Assembly: GCF_902652985.1 (NCBI RefSeq)
Contig: NC_047028.1
Location: 20,522,001 to 20,586,000, forward strand
DNA: 64,000 nucleotides
Direction of reading: 5' to 3'
From: Pecten maximus
Taxonomy: Eukaryota
Each line of letters begins with the position of its first letter. The first letter of the stretch is position 1. Positions 53,001 through 64,000 of the stretch are shown here, piece after piece. A program made the translations under genes and the position numbers. Under the pieces are notes generated by a model. It saw only the letters and a program-made list of their open reading frames with translations, was not told the DNA's origin and did no database searches.

Positions 53001-56000
53001 TCTGTGATTCCCCAATATCTTAGTTACAGGAAAATGCATGGAAGAACAATCTACATTGTACTACCCACTAAAAATCTCAACAATCACATATATATTCTTC
53101 TTCTTACATATACAGGTTATACAAAATATAAAGGAACTTAAAGTATTAAGGTGACGCTATATTTTGTTTACATTTTTATTGTGACATATTTTCTCACCCA
53201 TTATATGTATATCCTGTTTTATTCAGCATTTTTCCATTGATGAATGCCGTCGCCCGGGTACCCCCTTCGTATATTGTGATTTTGCCTCCTCGAAGTGGGT
53301 AGTTGTTGCCGTGGAATTGGGTCCATCCTCCATTCTATCGGCATCACAATGAAAAAATCAAATATATTCTTACATAAAGAATACTGATTGGGAATACATT
53401 TTGTTTGAAACTCTCGGGCTGTTACAGTATTTAACCTACATTATGAACAATGGACGTTCAAATGTTGCAATATGGAAATCTGTATTCCTCTATTCCGAAT
53501 TGTTCTCTGTTTTCCTATTCTCGCGGGTTCCCCATTCTCGCCGCAACTAAAACAAGAGAACCATGGGCCTTAACGGTAACCCGAGTTTTGAAATATCTAA
53601 GTTAATTTGACCATTTTGGCCCCCCATAAACCCATGGGGCTAGTTAGAGCCAACATGTGGATAATACCACCAAGCTGTCATTCAATGCTAAAAGTGTTAA
53701 CCGATTTGAAATGAATTCAAATAGAAATAAAACAAATGATAATCAAAAATGTGATTTTCCTATAAAAAAAACTATGGTAAAGGGGCAAACATGGGGCCCC
53801 GAGTCATGACATTCATAATTTCGGTAAAACACATTTCGTCTATGAAGAGTATTGTATTCTATCCCATATAGGACTTAAGAAGAATATTTTTGAAATTTCA
53901 GTCAATTTGACTTCTTTTAGCCACGTCTCCCCAGTCCCCTTGAGGCTAGGGATCATATAATTCAAAACGTTAGTTGACCCGAAAGATTTCTGGAAAATTT
54001 CATTGGAATTGGTTCATGGGTTTCTCAGGAGAAAAATTAATATTTTGACTTACGTCGGCAGTGAAGACGAAGAGCGTGTCATCATACATTCCGTTCTCCT
54101 TCAGGGCGGCGGTAATATTTCCTACCAGGTCGTCCATAGCCGTTACCATTCCTTGAAACGATATTTTATGCCAAGGGAAGTTAAATCAATCCATGCTCAG
54201 GTATCATTTTGCACACATTTGCAGAAAATGTCTCAAGGATATCGGAACAACTAAAAGCGATTTAAAAAAAATGAAATATTGTAAATAGTAATTATAATTA
54301 CAAATATCAATAATCTTACATTTTCATTTCATATGATCTTAAGAAAATGAGTCTAAGAACTTTTTTATCAAAGAGAAAATATTCAGCTAACATGCTTAAC
54401 ATAAAAGTGAGACCAGAATACAAATGACGATATGAAAATATATAACAATTATGATACAGTGTCTAAAATAAAACAATTGTGATACGGTGTATAAATATAA
54501 CAATTATGATACAGTGTCTAAAATATAACAATTATAATACAGTGTATAAAATATAACAATTATGATACAGTGTATAAAATATAACAATTATGATACAGTA
54601 TCTAAAGCATAACAATTATGATACAGTTTCTGAAATATAACAATTGTGATACAGTGTCTAAAATATAACAATTATAATACAGTGTATAAAATATAACAAT
54701 TATAATACAGTGTATAAAATATAACAATTATGATACAGTGTCTAAAATATCACAATTGTGATACAGTGTATAAAATATAACAATTATGATACAGTGTCTG
54801 AAATATAACAATTGTGATACAGTGTGTGAAATATAACAATTGTACCTCTCGTAGAATACCAAACTAACTTTCTCCTCTCTTCATTTTGTTACTGCTGCTA
54901 TTCGCATCTCGCAACTTAACACAATATTTTCTCCTTCCTTCATTCTTTATGATGTTATGCACGTCCCATAACTTACCACAATATTTTCTCATTCCTTCGT
55001 TCTTTTTTTTATGTAATGCACGTCCCCGAACTTACCACAATATTTTCTCCTTCCTTCATTCTTTATGTTGCTATACATATCCTCGTAACCTTTTGGAACC
55101 TAAAATAATAATGTTCAAGTCCATATACGGTTTAATAATTATTAATATCAGCAATGCTGTGGATCGATATCAAATTATAAGGTGTGGCAATATCGAGAGC
55201 ATTATGCAGAACGAAATTCCAGGCTGTCGTATTATAAATGATGGACAGAAACAAATATTTCCACTGTTGCTATACTCGTAACATTTCGGTCTTTTATATT
55301 TATATGACTACTTTGTTTCCTTTATATGATGTAATGAATATCCCGACCATGGCCTGTATAAAAGTGGACATTCATAGTGATTTTTAAAAATGTGTATATG
55401 TATCTATAAGTCAGCCGTATTATATCTGGGTATTACCTGAAAATATTCCAAGAACGTGTTTAAAAGTTTGTAACATTACCTCTATCGGTGCATGGACTGA
55501 CTGGAACGGGAAGTAGAGGTAGAATGGCTTGTTCTTGTCGTGTTGAGATATTACTTTCCTCGCTCGTTCGGCAAAGATATACTGAAATATATATATATAT
55601 ATAATTTTGAGGAATTGAACATTCAATCATTTATTGTCGATGTAAAAGTGATCTACATAATTGCCGACGATTTCGAGCATTTGTGAATACACAGCTCTAG
55701 TAACCGATCAAAAGCATTGTAACCAAAGTCGACGTCATTGTTTATTTCACATCGAGAACGAATTTAGCCATACAAACTACTTGTTGCCTTCAAGGTTTAC
55801 TGATTGTATCATTACTTACTGTTGAGTACTTTGAAGTGTCAGGCAAAATGGGGTCTTTGTTATCTCTGAAATCCTTTCCGCCGGCTGTTTCAAATAAATT
55901 GATCAATTTCAATTTGCATTACGTAACTTAATTAGTCATTCAAGGGAGGCTTAATACATGCTAATTACAATGTATGTCTATTCAACGTGTAATTAATTGT

Positions 56001-58159
56001 AATGGTTTTGCTGTTTTATTATGTGTAGTTTGTTTGTTTGTTTATTCACTTTAAGCCTTGCGGTCCTTCGGTATTACAGCAAAAACAGAATAATATCATG
56101 TGCATGTACAATAAGGATATCAAAAACATATACAAAATGTTAAGTATGATATGAAAAATAACCTACATTGTACAAGACAAGAATCAATTTGATAGAATGG
56201 CGATACGTTATTTATCTAATTGACCATAGATACCACTTATTTATGAAGAATCGAAGTAATCAATATTTAAAAACTATATTACGGTATTTCGGTATATATA
56301 CAATTGCTATACTTTTATAGGGAAATAAATCAATTTTTTAACATGTAAACTTTATTTCAAGATACACTGTATAGGTAAATTTATGAGCCGGTTATACCTA
56401 CCTGCAGTCCGGTTGTAATAATCTTCCTGACCCTGATAATACCCATAGAACGTATCGAATCCTCGGTAAGTCGGAGTACACTCCAATTTACAGAAACCAA
56501 GATGCCACCTGATCAATTCAAACGAGATATTGTAAGAGTTGTTTCCCTTAATTTGTCATATAATTCGATCCATGATTTTCTGTTCATGACTAAATGTATG
56601 CGATTGGTGTCATTTATCATTCGAGTTACACTTACTTTCCTATTGCATGAGTCGCATATCCCTCTTTTTTCAAGTATTGTGGAAGAAAAGTGAGATTCAG
56701 AGGTGAACATACAGCTTGTTGTGGTAATATGACTCCGTGCTAAAGATAGAACCAGATTTGGAAAACGTAATGTTGAGTTAATTGGTACAAACTTTGTTGT
56801 TTCGGTAATTAGATACATTATGAAACGACAGCGAGCTCACATTTTTAGCCCTCGTATTTATATAAACTATTCTACAAAATCAATTGTGTTTTAATAAGCA
56901 AAATAACACAGAATAGTGACATTTCATTTACCAGATTAATCATCGTGTAATTGTAATTTGTAAGTTTCCTGATACGAGAGTAAAATTGCATTATTTATAA
57001 CACTTTAACTATATACGATTTTTAGAAGATACTGAAGCCAATATTACCTGTAGTCCAGCTTTGAATGGATACACTCCCGTCATGAAAGAGTTCCGAGACC
57101 TGCACATCGATATTACATTACATATTGTTATGGCTGGGTGTACAAAAAAGTGCCATTGAAATCCTAAAGAACATAGGACCACTGGCTATCTGTGATTAGT
57201 ATAAGATATCATACATATATGGCATATTAGTAACTATGTTACAAAAGTTTGGAAATATAGTCAGAAATTATTTAGAACGTGATTCGTTGTGTTGGTGTCT
57301 CGAACAATAGAAGGAAACTTTAACGGCACTACAGAAAACTAAAGAAAACAATATCAAAATCATACGCACGGTGTGCAGACTGGCTGTACGTAAGATTGGT
57401 TGAGTATGACTCCCTCGTACGCCAGCTTGTCAATATTAGGAGTGATCATGTCGGGGTTGTGGAATCCCACATCGTTCCATCCTATACAGAAATAAACAAC
57501 GCTGACAATTAATTAAATCTGATCAGTTCCTTCGCACAAACATAAAAATTTGCTAACGTACTGTAGAGAGGAGAATAGACAATGTTAAGGCAGTTGTCAA
57601 CATTAGTTATCATTTTAAATAGAAAACTGGGAATTGTTTTGTGCTGTAATAAAATATAGAGGCTTTTTTTGCAGATTTGAAAATATATATTATTATGTGA
57701 GTGGTGGAAATTGGTAATATTTTATGGCAGTAGTGGAAAGTAGTTAGCATTATGTCATAAGAGTAATTATAATGGGTAAATGATATTTTGGTCGTAGAGA
57801 AAATATAGATTCTTTATATGCATTAATCCGTGTTATAGATACTTTAGATAAATCAGTTTTTTACTAACATTTGCAATGAGTGTACAACAGTATTTACTAA
57901 ACAGAACGGACTATAAATAACGTTTAACGGTTCATAGACCCGACTACTATGAGTGTTTAAAGAGATAACATAACTACACGTAAATGAACCCATCCAACGT
58001 AAATGACTACAACCATCTGTATCTTAACAAAAACGATATATACTTACCGTAATCGTCTGCTACCATGAACACTATATGAGGTTGTTTGGCTTCCCCGGCG
58101 GTAAACAGCAGTAACAATACTGTACCACATAGTACAGACAATGTATGGATTTTAGCCAT
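50001..58159 (-). CDS. ARSB: Arylsulfatase B-like sulfatase, copy 1 (488 aa, 14 exons)
   Basis: Exons 58048-58159, 57370-57481, 57048-57099, 56636-56739, 56402-56508, 55820-55884, 55480-55581, 55036-55099, 54054-54151, 53198-53334, 52760-52824, 50997-51114, 50488-50645, 50001-50173; all GT-AG, in frame (1467 nt). Signal peptide, [34 protein letters not shown], ends WSPGWC. The symbol means ARSB-like; orthology is untested. Confidence 0.95.
52574..52737. mobile_element. Palindromic non-autonomous element (intron 11 of sulfatase copy 1)
   Basis: Arms AGAATATTTGAC..GGTACTGGTAATC / GATTACCAGTACC..GTCAAATATTCT. Confidence 0.6.
53550..54035 (-). mobile_element. Helentron/HINE-like fragment
   Basis: Terminus AACAAGAG..CCATGGGCCTTAACGGTAACCCGAG followed by degenerate TTGACC..TTTGGCCCC units. 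Confidence 0.5.
54435..54843. repeat. 28-bp minisatellite, ~14 copies (intron 8 of sulfatase copy 1)
   Basis: Unit AAAATATAACAATTATGATACAGTGTCT. Confidence 0.95.
54860..55066 (-). repeat. Tandem ~59-bp copies of the exon 8 3' end and donor site
   Basis: ACTTACCACAATATTTTCTC.TTCCTTC occurs at ~55030, ~54971 and (mutated) ~54914, with a remnant at ~54863. Confidence 0.85.
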
Positions 58160-58280
58160 GTTTCCTTGCCCTCTGATGGCGGAATCCACTTCCAACCTCT
58201 TATAAATGGAGGTATAACTTGATCAGCAACAGATTCTCATGTGATCGTCGAGGTGTTTGGTGATGCGTGGAATAAATTCC

Positions 58281-58530
58281 ATTTACGTATGTTACCTACC
58301 CGACACATGTTTGTACACTTTTTCTGACCTCGGGTCATACAATAGAACGATCGTCAATGTTAAGGGACGTGTCCCATGTGTATGTTAAGTTTTGGCTTGT
58401 ATTTACGAAAAATGTACCTAGCCCACACATGTTTGTACACTGTTTCTGATCTCGGGTCATAAATTAGAACGATCGTCAATATCAAGGGACGTGTCCTATA
58501 TGTATGTTAAGTCTTGGCTTGTATTTACGT
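58281..58530. repeat. ~122-bp direct repeat x2 (partial third copy at 58845-58920) upstream of sulfatase copy 1
   Basis: ACACATGTTTGTACAC...CGGGTCATA...AGAACGATCGTCAAT...GGGACGTGTCC...TTGGCTTGTATTTACG duplicated. Confidence 0.85.
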
Positions 58531-59734
58531 ATTCCATGCCAGTGGAATACAACAAAATCAGAAAAGTGCTACAATGACATGGACTTGTATTTTGTGTGTT
58601 CTATACTGGATTATACTATATATTTGTGTCTGTGACATACATATGGGATATATATTGCAAAATGGTGCGTAGACATCGTTGTATTGACCTGTCAACCACT
58701 TAAGTGTTTTAAGCATATTAAGTTGCGCCTGGATTCCAAGCGCAAGCTGCATCACAGAATTAGTGCTTCGGAAATAAGAGGTCGCAGTCGGCAAAATCAT
58801 ATCCGATAGAAGGGTCAACAAGCGGCCTTTTATGATATAGGAGTAACGAAAAATGTACCTAGCCCAAATCTGTCTGTACACTTTTTCCGACATAGTGTCA
58901 TAAAATAGCATGCTCGTCACATGTCTCATTTCTTTATCCATCTGAGTATCGATAATATGTTTTGGTCAGCTGTTTGTGCAATCGGAACACTTCGCCTCCG
59001 TCTGCAAACGTAGTTTCGAAAGGGTTCCGATTGCAGTTTGTGCTTTTACTACGGCCGATGCACAAGATTGCTAAGATAAAGTGGCAAATTTGTATAGACT
59101 GAATTTCGTGGTACACCTGGATAATGATGTGTCATTATAGTAAATTCTTCGTAGACGCTGTGTACCTGAAATCACATGACTATAGTAACCTTTATAGAAA
59201 TGTGATTATCTGTTAAAAGATAGAAGATCCTGAATCAGTTGTAAAGTATAGCCGGCATAGTTTCTTTCTTATACATCTAGACAAAAATGATGAGAAAAAG
59301 GTCTTGCATGAGAAAACCCTATTTTCTTTCATTAATTATATCATCTTTGCGAGTCATGGCTTCTGATTACCTTACACTCAAAGAACCCTTAGCAGATATA
59401 GTCGTGTTCAATACGTCGCGCTCTAGAATCCCAAGACATCCAATCAATCGCGTTTTACATTCAGACTCGCAGTAAACAAAACTTGCGGCGCCGAGTACGT
59501 TGCTAATTTGTCGACTATGTCATGGCATGTTACCTAAATATAGACAAGTGCAATTTTTGGGGAAACATTCACGGTGTTTGATCAATTGATAGAAGTTGTT
59601 GATCACATATCTCATCAAAATGACAAACGCCTCGACGTATGTTTGTAAATATCCCCGATGAAGTACATCGGTAAAGCTCATTTTGAATCTGAATATGTAC
59701 CACATGACGACCGTTCATAGACAGAATGAAATTT

Positions 59735-60100
59735 CTGGTTACTGTCAAAAGATAGACGGAATAAACTCTCTGATTACTGTCAAAAGATAGACGAAATTAG
59801 CTCGCTGTTTACTGTCCAGAGATAGAAGGAATAAGCTCTCCAATTACTGCTAAGGGATAGACGGAATAAGCTCTCTAATTACAGTCAAAAGATAGACGAA
59901 ATAAGCTCTCCGATTACTGTCAAAAGATAGACGGAATTAGCTCCCTGATTACTGTCAAGAGATAGACCAAATCAGCTATCTGATTACTGTCAAAAGATAG
60001 ACGGAATAAGCTCTCTGTCTACGGTTAAGAGATAGACGGAATAAGCTCTCCGATTACTGTCAAAAGATAGACGGAACTACAATTATGGGTACTGTCAAAA
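59735..60100. repeat. 35-bp minisatellite
   Basis: GATTACTGTCAAAAGATAGACGGAATAAGCTCTC[CT] repeated about 10 times. Confidence 0.9.
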
Positions 60101-60109
60101 CATATTATC

Positions 60110-60609
60110 NNNNNNNNNNNNNNNNNNNNNNNNNNNNNNNNNNNNNNNNNNNNNNNNNNNNNNNNNNNNNNNNNNNNNNNNNNNNNNNNNNNNNNNNNNN
60201 NNNNNNNNNNNNNNNNNNNNNNNNNNNNNNNNNNNNNNNNNNNNNNNNNNNNNNNNNNNNNNNNNNNNNNNNNNNNNNNNNNNNNNNNNNNNNNNNNNNN
60301 NNNNNNNNNNNNNNNNNNNNNNNNNNNNNNNNNNNNNNNNNNNNNNNNNNNNNNNNNNNNNNNNNNNNNNNNNNNNNNNNNNNNNNNNNNNNNNNNNNNN
60401 NNNNNNNNNNNNNNNNNNNNNNNNNNNNNNNNNNNNNNNNNNNNNNNNNNNNNNNNNNNNNNNNNNNNNNNNNNNNNNNNNNNNNNNNNNNNNNNNNNNN
60501 NNNNNNNNNNNNNNNNNNNNNNNNNNNNNNNNNNNNNNNNNNNNNNNNNNNNNNNNNNNNNNNNNNNNNNNNNNNNNNNNNNNNNNNNNNNNNNNNNNNN
60601 NNNNNNNNN
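60110..60609. other. Assembly gap (500 N)
   Basis: Run of exactly 500 N, a typical scaffolding placeholder. Confidence 0.99.
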
Positions 60610-61112
60610 CATCTGACACTATACCTCACCCTTCCTGGTTTGTACAACTGTAATCATGACACTATACCTCACCCTTCCTGGTTTGTACAACTGTAATCAT
60701 GACACTATACCTCACCCTTCCTGGTTTGTACAACTGTATTCCTGACACTATACCTCACCCTTCCTGGTTTGTACAACTGTAGACCTGACAATATACCTCA
60801 CCCTTCCTGGTTTGTACAACTGTAGACCTGACACTATACCTCACCTTCCTGGTTTGTACAACTGTAATCCTGACACCATACCTCACCCTTCCTGGTTTGT
60901 ACAACTGTATTCCTGACACTATACCTCACCCTTCCTGGTTTGTACAACTGTAATCCTGACACTATACCTCACCCTTCCTGGTTTGTACAACTGTATTCCT
61001 GACACTATACCTCACCCTTCCTGGTTTGTACAACTGTAATCCTGACACTATACCTCACCCTTCTGGTTTGTACAACTGTAGTCCTGACACTATACCTCAC
61101 CCTTTCTGGTTT
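60610..61112. repeat. 43-bp minisatellite, ~11.5 copies
   Basis: Unit ACTATACCTCACCCTTCCTGGTTTGTACAACTGTAATCCTGAC. Confidence 0.95.
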
Positions 61113-62216
61113 GAACGTGGGTTGAATAATAAACGCAATGTGTTCCGAATAATGAATCTAGTCCTTCTAGAAGTGAGGAATTATGAACATTTAGAAGGGA
61201 TGTTTGGACATTAAGAATCGGTCCTTATGATATCAATATAGAATTGAAGATGCGCTTGTCTGTAATTAAACTTAATCAGTGAATGTTGAATGTTGGATGG
61301 TATTAATTATTGGAATAGCACTGTCACAGTTTCAATTAACACCACACGACACTAATCGCGAGTTGGTATTGATACTTTTAGTCATGAAGAGACAGTTCAT
61401 ATGCGTAATCTACTGATCTACCTATCTCCTCCATCTATTGGCTTACGCTATCGGTAATTAATAGCTTGATTAACATTAAATCTAATTAGAATATACATAA
61501 GAAAGTAACATATGTATGAGATTTGCATGTCAGTATTAAATTTCTGATCTGACTATACTCATTGTCGTTATAAATAGAAAAGCACGGTAGTTCGCTGCTG
61601 TTCGGAACCACTGCCACCATTCGTAATGAGAATTAAAGGGTTAATAGACACAGTATCAGCGAAACGTACCACCCGACAATCACAAGCGGTAGCAGTATTG
61701 AAACATAATTTGCAATTTATGTCGAATGACTGATAAAAACATCAGTATGCCTTTCAGCTATCTGTGACTCACCGCCGCTGTTAAAGACTAAATTATTGAA
61801 ACCCAGATTGGATCAACATATACATATACAAATGTCAACGTAGAAGGAAATGTTTTCTAATCCAACGAAGTCATTAAACGATTGCAATTTGAAAATATTG
61901 TAAATGTAAGTAATGGAGTAATGAACCCATTATTTGCTGAATACTGACCATAAATCCTGACAGAGGCTGGCATGATTGTGAAGTGTTCAATGATTTTTTT
62001 TTTATTTTCGAAATATGGCCATTCAAGTTGATAACAAGATTACTTTGAAATTATAGCTAATTCCATAATATGTTTTTTTAATCACACCTTAATTCAGTCG
62101 TTATTCATTTTGCGTAGCATAGCTTAACAAATACACAAAATATACAATGAATAACATGCGACTCGCTCAGCGAAACTGTCCCCCTGTCTAATAAACTGAG
62201 TATGTTGAGGACTCAC

Positions 62217-62319
62217 CGGATGTTCTGCCTCCAGTGGTGTCGGTAACCCATAATGTTAAGGAAAAGAATAAGATCCCTGCCAGTGTCCGACAGGCGAAGG
62301 TAAATCCATGGTTCCACAT
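62217..62319 (-). CDS. Probable first coding exon (signal peptide) of an unidentified secreted protein
   Basis: Exon 62217-62482 has a strong acceptor (TTTCCCTTTCAG) and donor (G|GTGAGT); ATG at 62319 gives MWNHGFTFACRTLAGILFFSLTLWVTDTTGGRTS. Confidence 0.55.
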
Positions 62320-62944
62320 AGTGTGCCTACTCTATCCCGAAGACTGCGGCCGTTCTCACAGCGACGTACATCGCTAATGGATACGCAACAGCAGTGACCG
62401 TGTCATTGAAGCTATGCACCAGTAAGTTCGGTACAGTACCTTGGTTCTATATTCTGGTCCAGGAGACAAGGAATTTAGATCACTGAAAGGGAAATAAAAC
62501 ATTTACTAAGAATTGGAATCTGAATGTTCGCAAACCAACGTTTCGCACTCAGGATAATACATGATGGATTTTAAAATACTCGAGTAAGATTTATTTTCGT
62601 GATATTTACGGTCATAAAATATAGCGCGAAAATAAATACACAGCAAATATTTAATTGCACATAAATATAACGAAGTATTTACTGCAGAATGTATATAAGG
62701 CAGTGTTACTCAAAATGTGATACCAGCCAAATAGATCTGACTGAGACAACAGCGAAATTATAGGCCTGTGAAATTTAACAACTATACAAGATATCGTACT
62801 AGTCAAAGCGCACCTGATATTGTGGCTTGGCCTTTCCAAAAACAATTGATATATAGGTTGATGTAGACTATGTGAACGTTTTATGGTCAAAATCGTGATC
62901 TCATTTGGAAATCTTCTATTTCCTTTGGTCTAAAGAATAAGCCG

Positions 62945-63093
62945 CACTGGCGGATTTATGGGGCCGTTAGGAGCGTGCCCCCCCCCCCCCCCCCCCCCCC
63001 AAAAAAAATCAAAGTAAGGGTATCTTAAAAACGAATTCCCGTAATCAATCAACGAAATGATAGTACCCCGCCGGACCCCCCGTCACTTGGCAC

Positions 63094-63124
<31 letters not shown>

Positions 63125-63148
63125 CTGAACATCCTGTATCCGCCCCTC
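62945..63148. mobile_element. Small MITE with poly-C tracts (hAT-like TIRs)
   Basis: CACTGGCGGAT...ATCCGCCCCTC imperfect TIRs; no clear TSD. Confidence 0.55.
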
Positions 63149-63519
63149 CGCCGATACCACATTTTAAAATCTCGATGCTGTATACATTTTGTTTTTTAAT
63201 ATATATGATTTGGCAGACGCTGTATTTAACTGAATAATCGATATAATTGAATCTATGTTGCAGACTTGATATAAATTTTACAGAATCCCTATGATATGTT
63301 ATTGGTATGACACGTGGAGATGAATGTTTATGTTCGTGACAACGGAAAATCGATGATAATTATAACATTAAAAAGGTAAATAATACCTCGATATTAGCTG
63401 TCATAGTAGCTTTCTATATTCCCTAAAGACCCGCGTATTGATTTATATTTCAGTTCAGTTTATTCTCCTCAGCTTCATTAATTATACACACAACATTGTG
63501 ATGTTAATATTTCACGGCA

Positions 63520-64000
63520 AAAGTATAAAACACTGCTGATAAATATCAATACGTATTGTGATGTCGATGTTTATATTTCACGGTCAAAATGTAAAACACT
63601 GCTAATAAATATCAATATGTTCTTATATAAAACACTGCTGATAAATATCAATATGTACTTATATAAAACACTGCTAATAAATATCAATATGTACTTATAT
63701 AAAACACTGTTAATAAATAGCAATATGTTCTTATATAAAACACTGCTGATAAATAGCAATATGTACTTATATAAAACACTGCTAATAAATATCAGTATGT
63801 AACTATATAAAACACTGCTAATAAAAATAAATATGTACTTATATAAAACACTGCTAATAAAAATTAATATGTACTTATATAAAACACTGCTAATAAATAT
63901 CAATATGTTCTTATATAAAATACTGCTTATAAATATCAATATGTACTTATATAAAACTACTGCTCATAATATCAATATGTACTTATATAAAACACTGCTA
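63520..64000. repeat. 36-bp AT-rich minisatellite running off the window
   Basis: Unit TATAAAACACTGCTAATAAATATCAATATGTACTTA. Confidence 0.95.

Noticed and set aside
37856-58159. Sulfatase pair as an assembly (haplotig) duplication
   Set aside because: Introns are unalignable and many synonymous sites differ, so they are true paralogs.
60025-60696. ORFs of X residues
   Set aside because: Artefacts of the N gap.
63571-63939. Hydrophobic periodic ORF
   Set aside because: Translation of the 36-bp AT-rich minisatellite.
544-64000. Tandem arrays as CRISPR arrays
   Set aside because: Units are head-to-tail with no unique spacers, there are no cas genes, and the context is an intron-containing eukaryotic genome.

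Overview
AT-rich eukaryotic (metazoan) genomic DNA with GT-AG introns. The repeat types (HINE/Helentron-like elements, V-domain SINEs) and gene families suggest a mollusc, probably a bivalve; this is inference only. By hand-splicing I reconstruct: (1) a tandem pair of complete, secreted 14-exon arylsulfatase B-like (S1, CTPSR) genes on the minus strand (50001-58159, 488 aa; 37856-46299, 483 aa); (2) a plus-strand type II membrane gene with a SEA-like domain and a very long Ser/Thr-rich mucin-like ectodomain (9530-21967), broken by a 1-nt frameshift near 20870 and carrying a recent 211-bp internal duplication; (3) a 2-exon orphan gene encoding a probably myristoylated protein (4780-5934, minus); (4) an NHL/beta-propeller ORF with a decayed upstream part (35123-36228); (5) a signal-peptide exon of another minus-strand gene (62217-62319). 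The rest is MITEs, Helentron-like elements, SINEs, a decayed non-LTR retrotransposon, many minisatellites and a 500-N gap. There is no prokaryotic operon or CRISPR array. I found no proven new system. The best leads are the unusual type II SEA-mucin, two hammerhead-ribozyme-like motifs, and the mosaic evolution of the sulfatase pair.
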